Shown: in pieces, positions 9,227-19,566 of the stretch
How positions within the stretch are numbered: position 1 is the stretch's first letter
How the letters are laid out: every line of letters starts with the position of its first letter
NCBI GenBank assembly: GCA_964548275.1
Contig: CAZJQI010000004.1
Coordinates: forward strand, 13,149 to 77,148
Reading direction: 5' to 3'
Length of the DNA: 64,000 nucleotides
Origin: an uncultured Gemmatimonadales bacterium
GTDB taxonomy: Bacteria; Gemmatimonadota; Glassbacteria; GWA2-58-10
Notes under the pieces: generated by a model
Told to the model about the DNA's origin: nothing
The model's database searches: none
Seen by the model: only the letters and a program-made list of their open reading frames with translations
Translations under genes and position numbers: made by a program

Positions 9227-10471
9227 ATGTTGAAACTTTTCAAGCACATGCTTCTCTGCATTTCTGAACACGGAATGGCCTGGCCACTGGCTGTTTTTCT
9301 GGTTTGTTTGAGTTCAACTGCCGGTTCCCTTCATGCGGATTCCATGTTTGCCGCGCCTCATCTGGGTATTCCGGTAGCTCCGGGGGACGCCAGAAGCCGC
9401 GCGCTGGGAGGCATTAGTGCGGCGATTCCCGGGGAGGATTTCACAATCAGCAATCCGGCCCGCACGGTGAATTTCTGGCGCGCAGGTTTCAATGGTGTTA
9501 TCGCACAGGATTACCGTTCATTGAAAGGCCCCGGCGGAAATCTTAATCTCCGCTCCACAGAGTTCCTCTCATTCCGGGGGATATTCCCAAGCTACAAGAA
9601 ATTTGTCCTCTCCTGGGGAGTCTGCCAGCGGAGGGATCTCACCTGGGAGTATTCCGACCGCCTTAATCTCGACTTTTTTCCAGGTGAAATCAGCCGCACA
9701 CTTTCTTCTGACGGCGGCCTTTATGTCAGCAGGTTCACTATCGCCCGCACTGTGAGTAATAACCTGGCTTTTGGCCTGGGGCTCGACTGGATGTTCGGCA
9801 GAGCCAAAAGAGAGAGGCTGTTTGATTTCTCGAATGCAAACCTGGTCAACAACCAGGAGAGCTATGAAACTCGGTATTCATTTGTCAGGCCCACGTTCGG
9901 GGTGTTGACCTCTATCAGGGGAACCAACGTGGGTTTCTCGATTACGATTCCGAAAACAGCCGATGTGGAATTGAAAAGTAAATTTCTCAGCGGTTATTCG
10001 TATGAGGAAACATACAGATTCAAGTATCCGCTTTCCTGGAGGCTGGGCTTTTCAAAGCGGATAACGCAGCACAGCCTGATCGGGGCCGACATAGAGTACG
10101 AGGGCTGGAAAGGCAGCGACCTGGATCTCGAGCAGCCGGCAACGGCTGCCAATCAGTGGAGATACTGTATCGGCTACGAGTTTTTACCGGCAGCCGTGGA
10201 AAACCCTCCGCTGTACCGTAAATTCCCCCTCCGGCTGGGCTTTTCCCAGGCGACTTACCCTTACAAAATCTCTGGCTCAAGTATAACCGAAACCTCGTTC
10301 AGTTTCGGCACCGGCAGGTATTTTGCCAACAGGAACGGGCTGGTAGACATAGCATTCGAGTATCTAAAGCGCAGAACTGAGCTGGAGAATTATCCGGAGG
10401 AGAGAGTTTTCAGGGTGGTGTTTTCTCTTTCGGCATTTGAGAGATGGGTTACTCCTCCACGCAGAAGGTGA
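9227..10471 (+). CDS. Outer-membrane beta-barrel protein, FadL/OmpP1-like or PorP/SprF-like
   Basis: Signal peptide. The N-terminal motif is GDARSRALGGISAAIPGEDFTISNPA. The protein is 414 aa with alternating beta-strand character. Confidence 0.4.
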   Translation: MLKLFKHMLLCISEHGMAWPLAVFLVCLSSTAGSLHADSMFAAPHLGIPVAPGDARSRALGGISAAIPGEDFTISNPARTVNFWRAGFNGVIAQDYRSLKGPGGNLNLRSTEFLSFRGIFPSYKKFVLSWGVCQRRDLTWEYSDRLNLDFFPGEISRTLSSDGGLYVSRFTIARTVSNNLAFGLGLDWMFGRAKRERLFDFSNANLVNNQESYETRYSFVRPTFGVLTSIRGTNVGFSITIPKTADVELKSKFLSGYSYEETYRFKYPLSWRLGFSKRITQHSLIGADIEYEGWKGSDLDLEQPATAANQWRYCIGYEFLPAAVENPPLYRKFPLRLGFSQATYPYKISGSSITETSFSFGTGRYFANRNGLVDIAFEYLKRRTELENYPEERVFRVVFSLSAFERWVTPPRRR

Positions 10472-10645
10472 GAAACGATTTAGAATAATATTGACAATAA
10501 CTTTATTAATTATTAGCTTTTTAAATCTTTTTCAGATGCCGGAAATTTGTAGAGTTTTATCCCTGGGGCATTTGCGCAATTTTCCCGTAAATGATCGGTT
10601 AATGAAATACAGAAAAAAGGCTTTTGGGGCCTGGGTGGTAATCAG

Positions 10646-11074
10646 ATGCAAACTTATGCGACAAAAAGTAAGCATATCGAAAGAAAATGGTACGTGGTTG
10701 ATGCCACGGATAGGATTCTGGGACGTCTGGCCTCGGAGATCGCCCGGCTGCTGATGGGTAAGCACAAGCCATATGTTAGCCGGCACCTCGATGTGGGCGA
10801 TTTCGTAATCGTGATTAACGCGGAAAAAGTTCGCCTGACAGGCAAGAAACTTGAGCAAAAGTATTATTTCCGTCACACAGGTTATCTCGGAGGTGTCAAG
10901 ACAGTTCGCCTGGACAAGATGCTTTCCGAAAAACCGGAAAAAGTGATCCGGCATGCAGTCCGGGGCATGCTGTCGCACAATAGTCTGGGTCGCCACCAGT
11001 TGAAAAAGATGAAAGTATATGCCGGACCTGATCACCCCCACGAAGCGCAGAAACCGGAACCATTGGAGATTTAA
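10646..11074 (+). CDS. rplM: 50S ribosomal protein L13
   Basis: Diagnostic L13 N-terminus [17 protein letters not shown]. Confidence 0.95.
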   Translation: MQTYATKSKHIERKWYVVDATDRILGRLASEIARLLMGKHKPYVSRHLDVGDFVIVINAEKVRLTGKKLEQKYYFRHTGYLGGVKTVRLDKMLSEKPEKVIRHAVRGMLSHNSLGRHQLKKMKVYAGPDHPHEAQKPEPLEI

Positions 11075-11139
11075 AGACAGAACGGGTCCGTCCTGAAAGC
11101 AAAACCGTTCATTGGGCAGCCCGTTAAGGAGGATACGAG

Positions 11140-11538
11140 TTGGAAAAGGAAAGCAAAACAGTCCATACAGTTGGCCGGCGCAAGACCAGTGTTGCACGGG
11201 TTTATCTTTCACGCGGGAAGGGCGAATGGGAAGTCAACGGCCAGAACCTGAATGAATATTTTTGCCGGGGTAGTCACGTCCAGCTTGTGGAACAGCCATT
11301 CGTTGCGACCGAGACTCTCGGCCACTACAAGGTTAAAGTAAATGTCAAGGGCGGAGGGCATTCCGGCCAGGCCGGTGCTATTAGACTCGCCGTAGCCCGG
11401 GCTCTGGTTGCCATGGATGAATCTCATCGCCTATCCTTGCGCAGAATGGGCCTGTTGACACGCGATCCGCGCATGGTTGAACGCAAAAAGTACGGGCAGC
11501 CCAAGGCGCGAAAGCGTTTCCAGTTCTCGAAACGCTAA
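11140..11538 (+). CDS. rpsI: 30S ribosomal protein S9
   Basis: S9 signature. It ends in the C-terminal KRFQFSKR. Confidence 0.95.
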   Translation: MEKESKTVHTVGRRKTSVARVYLSRGKGEWEVNGQNLNEYFCRGSHVQLVEQPFVATETLGHYKVKVNVKGGGHSGQAGAIRLAVARALVAMDESHRLSLRRMGLLTRDPRMVERKKYGQPKARKRFQFSKR

Positions 11539-11632
11539 TCTGCACGCGTTTATTTTGCAGCCGATTGGTTCGAATTCAGATATCGCATTTATCATTAGTT
11601 TGTGGGAATTAATATTTCCTGAAGGAGCTTAG

Positions 11633-12838
11633 ATGGCATTTCCAACCATCCAGAATTTACTGGAATCCGGTGTGCATTTCGGTCACCAGACTCGGCGCTG
11701 GAACCCGAAAATGAAGAAGTTTATTTTCGCCGAGCGCAATGGTATCCATATCATAGACCTGAAAAAAACTTTGAACCACTTGAAAAAAGCCTCAGACAAG
11801 GTACGGGAGATTGCGGAAAAGGGCGGGAATATCCTTTTTGTCGGCACCAAAAAACAATTGCGTGATATTATCAGGGATGAGGCTGTCCGTTGCGGGATGT
11901 ATTACGTGAACGAACGCTGGCTGGGGGGAATGATCACCAACTTCCAGACTATCAAGAAGAACATCCGCAGGCTCAGAGAACTGGAAAGGATGAGGGACGA
12001 AGGTGAATTCGAGTTGAGGGCAAAAAAAGAAGCCCTCTCGCTCCAAAGAGAACTGCAGAAACTCCGGAAGACATTGGACGGGATCAAACTGCTCGGCGAT
12101 GTCCCCGATGCGATGTTTGTTGTCGATACGCAAAAAGAGAAAATTGCCGTGGCCGAGGCGAACAAGCTGAAGATACCGCTTATTGCCCTGATTGATACCA
12201 ACGCCGATCCCGAGCAAATCACCTACCCTGTGGCAGGAAACGATGATGCCATCCGCTCGGTTAAGATGATTACTCAGGCTATCGCTGATGCAGTGCTTGA
12301 GGGCAAAGCGAAGATAACTGAAAGAATTGAAATGGAGAAAGAGGCTGAGGGTGAGGAAGTCAAAGTGGGAATCCGGGAGCAGAGAGAACGGGAACAGCCG
12401 AGACGTCCCCGTCCCAGACGCCGTCAGCGCAGAAAAAGGCCTGCTGAGGAAATAGCCGCAAAGAGTGCTGTAAAGGAAGCCAGGGAAGAAGGCGAAAAAA
12501 GGAAGGCCGAGCCTGCCGGTGAGAAGAAAAAAGAAGCCGCTGGTAAGGTAAAAAAGGCCTTCGGAGTTCCCAGGAAGGCTGGCGAAGAAACCAAGAAGTC
12601 AGAGGAAAAAGCCAGGAAGCCTGCCAGGGAAACGGAAAAAGCCGTTGCTGAAAAGAAAGCCGCCGGCAAGGAAACTGAACCTGCCGGTGCGGAAAAACAG
12701 GAAGCTGTCAAAGGAAAAAAACATGCGGGCGCAACCAGAAAGAAATACACTGGCAAAGCTGAAAAGGCCTCAGCGTCGGCAAAGAAGAAAGAAACAGCGG
12801 AGAATAAGCAATCAGATCGACCAGCCCGCGGAAACTAA
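11633..12838 (+). CDS. rpsB: 30S ribosomal protein S2 with a roughly 150 aa Lys/Glu/Ala-rich C-terminal extension
   Basis: The S2 core (VHFGHQTRRWNPKM...) runs to about residue 250. A low-complexity tail rich in K, E and A follows. Confidence 0.9.
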   Translation: MAFPTIQNLLESGVHFGHQTRRWNPKMKKFIFAERNGIHIIDLKKTLNHLKKASDKVREIAEKGGNILFVGTKKQLRDIIRDEAVRCGMYYVNERWLGGMITNFQTIKKNIRRLRELERMRDEGEFELRAKKEALSLQRELQKLRKTLDGIKLLGDVPDAMFVVDTQKEKIAVAEANKLKIPLIALIDTNADPEQITYPVAGNDDAIRSVKMITQAIADAVLEGKAKITERIEMEKEAEGEEVKVGIREQREREQPRRPRPRRRQRRKRPAEEIAAKSAVKEAREEGEKRKAEPAGEKKKEAAGKVKKAFGVPRKAGEETKKSEEKARKPARETEKAVAEKKAAGKETEPAGAEKQEAVKGKKHAGATRKKYTGKAEKASASAKKKETAENKQSDRPARGN

Positions 12839-12954
12839 AATTGGTTCCCAGCAAAAAGCTCTATTCCCTGCTATTGGATTAATCCGGTTAGCTGGTTAGC
12901 CATTCGAATTGGATAAAAGGTTACAGGTATCAAGATCGCTTATAAGGAATAATA

Positions 12955-13548
12955 ATGGAGATTACTGCGGCCAGTGTACAGGCCCTGCGTAAAGCCACCG
13001 GTGTCGGCATGATGGATTGCAAAAGGGCTCTTACCGAAGCGAAAGGAGATGCGGAAAAAGCCACTGAGATTCTTCGCAAAAAGGGAGCGATGAGGGCTGC
13101 CAAGCGGCAGGACCGAGAAACCCGCGAGGGTCTTATCCATTCTTATATTCACACAGGCGGCAAGATTGGTGCGCTGGTGGAACTTAACTGCGAAACGGAT
13201 TTCGTAGCCCGGACCGATGAATTCCAGCAGCTGGCCAAGGATATAGCCATGCATATCGCAGCCACTAATCCGGATTTTATCAGCCGTAAAGAAGTTCCGG
13301 CTGATTTAGTCGAAAAGGAAAAGGAGATTTACAGTGAGCAGGTTGCCCAGAGTGGCAAACCGGAGAAAGTACTGGACAAAATAGTTAAGGGACGCCTGGA
13401 GAAATACTATCAGGAAGTTTGCCTGCTGGAGCAAGCCTTTATCAAAAATCCCGATACCTCGGTCGGCCAGTTAGTGCAGGAGACGGCGGCAAAAGTCGGT
13501 GAGAATATTCAAGTCCGCCGTTTTGCCCGATTCCAACTGGGTCAGTAG
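12955..13548 (+). CDS. tsf: Elongation factor Ts (short form)
   Basis: N-terminal UBA-like motif VQALRKATGVGMMDCKRAL. It sits between rpsB and pyrH. Confidence 0.9.
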   Translation: MEITAASVQALRKATGVGMMDCKRALTEAKGDAEKATEILRKKGAMRAAKRQDRETREGLIHSYIHTGGKIGALVELNCETDFVARTDEFQQLAKDIAMHIAATNPDFISRKEVPADLVEKEKEIYSEQVAQSGKPEKVLDKIVKGRLEKYYQEVCLLEQAFIKNPDTSVGQLVQETAAKVGENIQVRRFARFQLGQ

Positions 13549-13616
13549 CTTTCTTTCCTTTATCTGGGCAGGAACCCCGCACTGCCCTGATTCCAACTGG
13601 AGCCAGATAATATCCG

Positions 13617-14339
13617 ATGTCCGTTATAAAGTACACCAGAGTTCTTCTCAAGCTGAGCGGCGAAACCTTTGCTGGCGAGGGAAGCCCGGATATCACCCCC
13701 TCCTGCCTTAACCCTCTGATTGATGATATCTACAAGGTGCATAAAATGAGTGTCCAGCTCGGACTGGTTATCGGCGGCGGAAATATTATCCGCGGCACAC
13801 TCGCCACTGAGCAGGGGATCGACAGGGTGTCGGCCGATTATATGGGCATGCTGGCCACTGTGATCAATGCCCTCGCCGTGCAAAACATTCTTGAAAGCCG
13901 CGGCCTCGCTACGCGGGTAATGACCGCTATCCGAATGGAACAGCTCGCCGAGCCCTACATTCGCCGCCGCGCGATCAGACACCTGGAAAAAGGCAGGGTG
14001 GTTATCTTCGCCGGCGGTACCGGCAATCCATACTTTTCTACCGATACTGCGGCTGTTTTGCGGGCAATCGAAACCGAAAGCCAGATAATTCTTAAAGCTA
14101 CCAAAGTCAACGGAATTTACACCGCCGATCCTACTGTCGAGAAACAAGCCAAGTTTATCCCCAGATTGACCTACCTTGAAGTTCTCCAGAAAGGAATCAA
14201 AGTCATGGATACCACGGCAATTACCCTCTGTATGGATAACAAATTGCCGATTCTGGTATTTAACATGGGAAAGAAAAACGCTCTTTCCAGAATAATTGCC
14301 GGTGAAACCATTGGTACTATTGTGGAGGCGACATCATGA
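13617..14339 (+). CDS. pyrH: UMP kinase
   Basis: Amino-acid kinase family. N-terminal motifs KYTRVLLKLSGE and GGGNIIRG. Confidence 0.95.
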   Translation: MSVIKYTRVLLKLSGETFAGEGSPDITPSCLNPLIDDIYKVHKMSVQLGLVIGGGNIIRGTLATEQGIDRVSADYMGMLATVINALAVQNILESRGLATRVMTAIRMEQLAEPYIRRRAIRHLEKGRVVIFAGGTGNPYFSTDTAAVLRAIETESQIILKATKVNGIYTADPTVEKQAKFIPRLTYLEVLQKGIKVMDTTAITLCMDNKLPILVFNMGKKNALSRIIAGETIGTIVEATS

Positions 14340-14893
14340 TCGAGGGAGTCTTGAAAACGACCACCCAGAAGATGGAACAGGCAATTGAAGGGATTCATCA
14401 CGAATTGGCAGGTATCCGCACTGGCAAGGCATCTCCGACCCTGATTGAAAACCTCCAGATCGAGGCTTACGGGTCCAAAATGCCGCTGAACCAGTTGGCC
14501 ACGATCACTTCGCCTGAACCCAGGCTCCTGATGATTCAGCCCTGGGATAAGTCCATAGTCGGATCGATCATGAAAGCGATCCAGAGTTCAGACCTCGGCC
14601 TTACTCCCTCGCATGAAGGTAACATTATCCGGGTACCGATCCCCCCGCTTAACGAGGAACGACGCAGAGAACTGGTCCGCCTTGCACATAAAATCGCCGA
14701 AAACGGCCGGATCTCGATCAGGCACTCCCGCAAAGAGGCCAACGATCAGGCGAAAAAAGCCGAAAAAGAACATCAGATCTCAGAGGATGAGGCACACCGT
14801 GGGATGGATGAAGTGCAAAAACTGACAGATAAGTACATAGAAAAAATAGATGTGCTGCTGAAAGCCAAAGAAGACGAGATTATGGAGATTTGA
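14336..14893 (+). CDS. frr: Ribosome recycling factor
   Basis: Ribosome recycling factor family. The gene overlaps the pyrH stop. Confidence 0.95.
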   Translation: MIEGVLKTTTQKMEQAIEGIHHELAGIRTGKASPTLIENLQIEAYGSKMPLNQLATITSPEPRLLMIQPWDKSIVGSIMKAIQSSDLGLTPSHEGNIIRVPIPPLNEERRRELVRLAHKIAENGRISIRHSRKEANDQAKKAEKEHQISEDEAHRGMDEVQKLTDKYIEKIDVLLKAKEDEIMEI

Positions 14894-14943
14894 ACCTGAT
14901 ACCGTCGGTGACTGAATTAAGCGATCTAATTATCGAGAACGGG

Positions 14944-14976
14944 CCCCGGAAATGAACTTTCCGGGGATTTTTTTAA
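14944..14976 (+). terminator. Rho-independent terminator after frr
   Basis: Hairpin ccccggaaa/tttccgggg followed by a T7 run. Confidence 0.7.
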
Positions 14977-15090
14977 GCTGCGAAAACCCTACCAAGACTT
15001 TAACTATTGCCATCATAACGCTTTAATTATAACTTTATTATGTGAGAAGTGATTCTGTTTCCAGGATAATCCCCCATTGGTAAACCGGAA

Positions 15091-15840
15091 ATGACCGAAT
15101 CCGAACTCAAAGCGCTGATTATCGAAAACGGTAACATACCCAGACACATTGCAATAATCATGGACGGCAACGGCAGATGGGCCGAAATGCGCGGAAGACC
15201 CCGGGTATTCGGACACCAGCACGGTATGGATGCGGTCCGGGCGGTGGTCAAGGGCTGCCGTGAACTGGGTTGCGAAGCCCTTACACTATACGCTTTCAGC
15301 GAGGAAAACTGGGAGCGCCCCCTGGGTGAGATTAATGTCCTGATGCGCCTGCTGCGCAAATACATAGAAAAAGAACAGGATAACCTCAAGAAAAACGGGA
15401 TCAAGCTCAGGTGTCTGGGCCGGCTAGGTAAAATCGATCCGGAACCGCTAAAGGTCCTGGAAGAAGCGGAGGCCTATACCGCGGACTGCAACGACATGGT
15501 ATTGAATCTGGCAATCAGCTATGGCAGCCGGAGTGAAATAGTCGATGCGGCCCGCTATCTCTGCCGTCAAGCCGCCGCAGGTCGGCTGGATCCGGAAAGC
15601 GTGGATGAATATACTGTTGCCGGAGCTCTTTACACCGCCGGTCTCCCCGATCCGGATCTGTTGATCCGCACCAGCGGTGAAATGAGGATCAGCAATTTCC
15701 TCCTCTGGCAGATCGCCTATTCTGAAATCTATATTACCCCTATACTCTGGCCGGATTTTACCAAAAAGGATCTTTTCGAGGCAATTGGTGAATTCCAGAA
15801 GCGCGATCGGCGGTTCGGCAGGGTGAAAAGCAAAGAATAG
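15091..15840 (+). CDS. uppS: Undecaprenyl-diphosphate synthase
   Basis: Motifs HIAIIMDGNGRWA and RTSGEMRISNFLLWQ. Confidence 0.95.
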   Translation: MTESELKALIIENGNIPRHIAIIMDGNGRWAEMRGRPRVFGHQHGMDAVRAVVKGCRELGCEALTLYAFSEENWERPLGEINVLMRLLRKYIEKEQDNLKKNGIKLRCLGRLGKIDPEPLKVLEEAEAYTADCNDMVLNLAISYGSRSEIVDAARYLCRQAAAGRLDPESVDEYTVAGALYTAGLPDPDLLIRTSGEMRISNFLLWQIAYSEIYITPILWPDFTKKDLFEAIGEFQKRDRRFGRVKSKE

Positions 15841-15885
15841 TTCAACTCAGGTGAATCCATTGAAAGTAAAAGGATTGAGGAGGAA

Positions 15886-16734
15886 GTGGAGGAGGGTTGT
15901 CTGATGAACCTGCTTCAACGATGTCTGGTCGCCGCAGTGGGCGTACCGGCAATCTATCTGCTTATCCGCCTCGGTTCGTGGTATGTCTTGTTGCTTGTGG
16001 CAGTTCAGGCTGGCCTGGCCGCCCGTGAGTTCTATTCGATGGCCCGGCAAAAGGGATTGAGACCCATAGCAGGCCTGGGGACCCTTCTGGCTGCTGCTTT
16101 GCCTTTCTCTGTTTTCCTGGCTCTGACAATTCAAAGCTCGATCTGGATTTCCTCTTCGGTTTCCCTTGCGCTCATGGCAGTTGCTGTGGCTGCGCTAATC
16201 GGGTCGCAGGGAGTCCAGGGCGCCATTGCCCGCATCTCGGTAACAGCTTTCGGAATACTTTATTTCGGCGGCCTGTTTTCCACCCAACTGCTGCTGCGTC
16301 TCGATCCGGGTTATCCTGATATGGCTGGAGTGAACTGGCTTTTCCTGGCTTATCTGGGTACCTGGGCAGTTGATACTGGAAGCTACGCCAGCGGCAGATT
16401 ATTCGGTCGCCGCAAGCTAAGCCCGGTCTTAAGTCCCGGCAAGACCTATGAGGGAGCTATCGGCGGCATGTTGCTTGGCATTGCGGTATCCTATTTCCTG
16501 GGCTCTGTCTGGATGGGACTTTTCGGTTGGGTCCAGGCCCTGGTTTACGGACTCCTGATCGGAATTGCCGCTCAAGCAGGCGATCTTGTCGTTTCTGTTT
16601 TCAAAAGGGACTCCGGGGTTAAGGATTCCTCCAGACTGATCCCGGGACACGGAGGGGTGCTCGACCGTTTCGATAGCCTTCTTTTTACCGTGCCGGTGAG
16701 CGTTATTTTCCGTTACTTTATTAGTCCGGTGTAG
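15886..16734 (+). CDS. cdsA: Phosphatidate cytidylyltransferase
   Basis: Polytopic membrane protein with the C-terminal CTP_transf_1 motif VFKRDSGVKDSSRLIPGHGGVLDRFDS. It follows uppS. Confidence 0.8.
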   Translation: MEEGCLMNLLQRCLVAAVGVPAIYLLIRLGSWYVLLLVAVQAGLAAREFYSMARQKGLRPIAGLGTLLAAALPFSVFLALTIQSSIWISSSVSLALMAVAVAALIGSQGVQGAIARISVTAFGILYFGGLFSTQLLLRLDPGYPDMAGVNWLFLAYLGTWAVDTGSYASGRLFGRRKLSPVLSPGKTYEGAIGGMLLGIAVSYFLGSVWMGLFGWVQALVYGLLIGIAAQAGDLVVSVFKRDSGVKDSSRLIPGHGGVLDRFDSLLFTVPVSVIFRYFISPV

Positions 16735-16739
16735 TCTAC

Positions 16740-17894
16740 ATGCCCCAGAACGTTTGCATACTTGGGGCCACGGGTTCTATTGGTGAGAACTGTCTCGCTG
16801 TGCTTAACGAACTGGCCCCCCGTTTCAGAGTGGTGTCTCTGGCAGCACACAGAAATGTCCACCGTCTGCTTGAGTCCGCAAGGGCGTTCGGGGCCGCCAG
16901 AATCTGTCTGGCCGATTGCAGCGTGGCCGAGGAGATCGACAGACAGAGTCTCGGCGCTATCGAACTGGGCTGCGGCCAGGAATCACTGGTCGAGCTTGCC
17001 ACAGACCCTGAGGTGGATATTGTTGTCAATGCCATGGTCGGCTCGGCTGGCCTGGCCCCCTCGGTGGCGGCACTCAAGGCAGGTAAGCGGCTCGCCCTGG
17101 CCAATAAAGAATCTCTGGTAATGGCGGGCGCACACTTGATACGGCTGGCCGGGGAGAAGCCGGGTGCCGAGATCATTCCTGTGGACAGCGAGCACAGCGC
17201 TCTTTTCCAGCTTATTGACTTGCACGAATCCCGAAGTGCCCTGGAGAAGGTTATAATTACAGCTTCCGGCGGCCCGTTTCGAGGAAGCGACAGGGCGCGG
17301 CTGGAAAAGGTCACTTTCGCCGAGAGCCTGAATCACCCAACCTGGAAGATGGGGCCGAAAATCACGATCGATTCGGCCAGCCTGGCGAACAAGGGACTGG
17401 AGATCATCGAAGCGCACTTTCTTTTCGGACTGGAGTATGAGAACATAGAGGTTCTGGTGCACCCGCAGTCCATAGTCCACGGGATGGCGGTATTCCACGA
17501 TGGCACCGTGCTGGCACATATAGGTGTTCCGGACATGCGGATTCCTATCCAATATGCGCTGACCTATCCGGATCGTGTGCAGAGCAGTATCAGGCCTCCG
17601 GATTTAGCCGCTATTGGCGAGTTGACATTCGAGTCGGTGGACGGGAAAAATTTTCCCTGCCTGGCGCTTGCTTACGAAGCAGGCAGGAAAGGGGGCGTTG
17701 CCACCGCGGTGTTCAATGCAGCTAACGAGGCTGCTGTGAAGCTTTTCAGCAAGGGCTTGATCGTCTTCACGCAGATACCCGATATAATAGAGAAGACTCT
17801 GGCCGAGGTTCGCGCAGGAGGCGAGCCCTCGCTGGAGGAGATTTTTCAGGCAGACAGTTGGGCCAGGGATTTTGCAGTGCAGCTGATTGCTTAG
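16740..17894 (+). CDS. dxr: 1-deoxy-D-xylulose 5-phosphate reductoisomerase
   Basis: NADPH-binding motif ILGATGSIGEN. DXR family with a DXP_redisom_C-type C-terminus. Confidence 0.95.
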   Translation: MPQNVCILGATGSIGENCLAVLNELAPRFRVVSLAAHRNVHRLLESARAFGAARICLADCSVAEEIDRQSLGAIELGCGQESLVELATDPEVDIVVNAMVGSAGLAPSVAALKAGKRLALANKESLVMAGAHLIRLAGEKPGAEIIPVDSEHSALFQLIDLHESRSALEKVIITASGGPFRGSDRARLEKVTFAESLNHPTWKMGPKITIDSASLANKGLEIIEAHFLFGLEYENIEVLVHPQSIVHGMAVFHDGTVLAHIGVPDMRIPIQYALTYPDRVQSSIRPPDLAAIGELTFESVDGKNFPCLALAYEAGRKGGVATAVFNAANEAAVKLFSKGLIVFTQIPDIIEKTLAEVRAGGEPSLEEIFQADSWARDFAVQLIA

Positions 17895-17963
17895 AAAAAG
17901 CCGCTGGATACCTTGAAGGGATAATCTCTGGAGAAGTTCTACCGGTGATTTAAGGAACTTCGA

Positions 17964-17992
17964 GGGCGAGGAATGCCTTGCCCTTTTTGTTT
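17964..17992 (+). terminator. Hairpin gggcgagg-aatg-ccttgccc plus T-run after dxr
   Basis: It has an 8 bp stem with one G-T wobble and the tail tttttgttt. The same core element recurs at 35079. Confidence 0.5.
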
Positions 17993-18159
17993 CAGGTTAA
18001 GCCGGCATTTTAGCTCGAAATAAAAGTACGGCCGGAATAAGCGATCTGAATAATAACTTGAGAAACTTGCACTGGAGCCCAAAGGGCAATAAATTGATAG
18101 TGAGTCCATCCCAACCCGATATACACTTATGGGAGGGCTTAACGAAAAAAAGCGGAGTA

Positions 18160-19533
18160 ATGATGGCCTTTACCGTATTGGTAGCAATTTTTGTTCTCGG
18201 AGTGCTGATATTTGTCCACGAACTGGGGCATTTCCTGGTGGCCAAACTCGTGGACATTCAGGTGCTGCGATTTTCGATTGGGTTTGGCAAGCCGATTGTT
18301 ACCCGCACCTGGGGCGAGACCGAATACTCTCTGTCCTGTATCCCGTTCGGCGGTTACGTGAAAATGGCCGGAGACGATCCGGCAGAGGGGATTGAAGGTA
18401 CCGTTGACCCGGAAAAAGTGTCCACGGATCCGGCACGTCATTTCGAAAATAAGGGTGTCTTCCAGCGATTCCTTGTGATTTCCGCAGGTCCGGTGGCGAA
18501 TTTTCTGCTCGCCATGATACTCTACCAGGGAATTATCTTTTTCCAGGGAGTTGATACCTTCTCAACCACAACTGTTGAGACCCTGGAACAGGAGATGATC
18601 CTTCCGGGAATGGAAAAAATCCGGGACCGGTCAGAAATCTTGAAAGTTAACGGTATCGAGGTATCCAACTGGGACGGGGTAATCGATGAGGTGCTCGGTG
18701 GCTCTGGCAGGGCCACCGGTTTTTTCCTTCTGGATCAGCAGAGTAGCGAACAATATTCCGTTTCGATTTCCACTGCCAATGATTCGCTCCGCCAGCAACT
18801 GGTAACAGCCCTTGTTCCTTTTTCACTGCCCCGTGTCGGCACCGTTATCCCGGGTAAACCGGCACAGAAAGCGGGCCTGGAGCGTGGCGATCTGATACTT
18901 GGGATAAACGGGGAGCCGGTACGGAGCTGGCGCGAAATGACTGAGAAAATCTATGCCAGCGCAGGAGTTCCTCTCACGCTATTCGTGGAGCGAGGCGCCG
19001 AAAGGATTCAGATCGAGGCAACACCGGAGAAAAGAAGTGTTTCCCGGGGTGACGGTTCTTTCGAGGAAAGGGGTCTAATCGGTATCGGCCCGTATTTTGA
19101 CCGGGTCCCGCTGCCTCTTACCGAATCTATTATAGCCGGGGCAAAGAATACGGTCCATATGACTGTGTTCATCACGGAAAGCCTTACAAACCTTTTTATA
19201 GGCTTGATTACCAGACGTATCTCCCTGGGAGAGGCGAAAGATGTTTTCGGCGGACCGGTGCTGATCGGACAGTTGGCCGGGGAGTCGGCGCGGTCGGGAT
19301 ACCTGTGGAGTTTCATGGCGATCTTGAGTATCAATCTTGCGATTCTCAACCTCCTGCCGATCCCGGTTCTCGATGGAGGACACCTCTTGTTTCTGCTGAT
19401 CGAGGTGGTCCGTTTCGGCAGGCCGCTTTCTTCAGCCCAGAGGATGCGGCTGATTCAGGTGGGCCTTTTAATAGTGTTCGCTCTGATGCTGCTGGCAACA
19501 GCCAACGACCTGAGGAGGGTTTTCGGTCTTTAG
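18160..19533 (+). CDS. rseP: RIP metalloprotease RseP (site-2 protease, M50 family, PDZ domains)
   Basis: HELGHFLVAK is the HExxH motif inside TM1. The C-terminal motif is LNLLPIPVLDGGH. The start is taken at the tandem ATG after the ggag RBS. The track ORF starts upstream at 18058. Confidence 0.85.
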   Translation: MMAFTVLVAIFVLGVLIFVHELGHFLVAKLVDIQVLRFSIGFGKPIVTRTWGETEYSLSCIPFGGYVKMAGDDPAEGIEGTVDPEKVSTDPARHFENKGVFQRFLVISAGPVANFLLAMILYQGIIFFQGVDTFSTTTVETLEQEMILPGMEKIRDRSEILKVNGIEVSNWDGVIDEVLGGSGRATGFFLLDQQSSEQYSVSISTANDSLRQQLVTALVPFSLPRVGTVIPGKPAQKAGLERGDLILGINGEPVRSWREMTEKIYASAGVPLTLFVERGAERIQIEATPEKRSVSRGDGSFEERGLIGIGPYFDRVPLPLTESIIAGAKNTVHMTVFITESLTNLFIGLITRRISLGEAKDVFGGPVLIGQLAGESARSGYLWSFMAILSINLAILNLLPIPVLDGGHLLFLLIEVVRFGRPLSSAQRMRLIQVGLLIVFALMLLATANDLRRVFGL

Positions 19534-19566
19534 TACAGGAATGAAAATTATGATGTTATTCGGTTT

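Noticed and set aside
10532-11212. 226 aa minus-strand ORF overlapping rplM and the rpsI start
   Set aside because: It overlaps two unmistakable ribosomal protein genes on the other strand and has no domain signature.
13521-13600. Direct repeat gattccaactgg at the tsf 3' end and 58 nt downstream
   Set aside because: A short 12-16 nt local duplication with no obvious structure. It is probably a chance or minor duplication.
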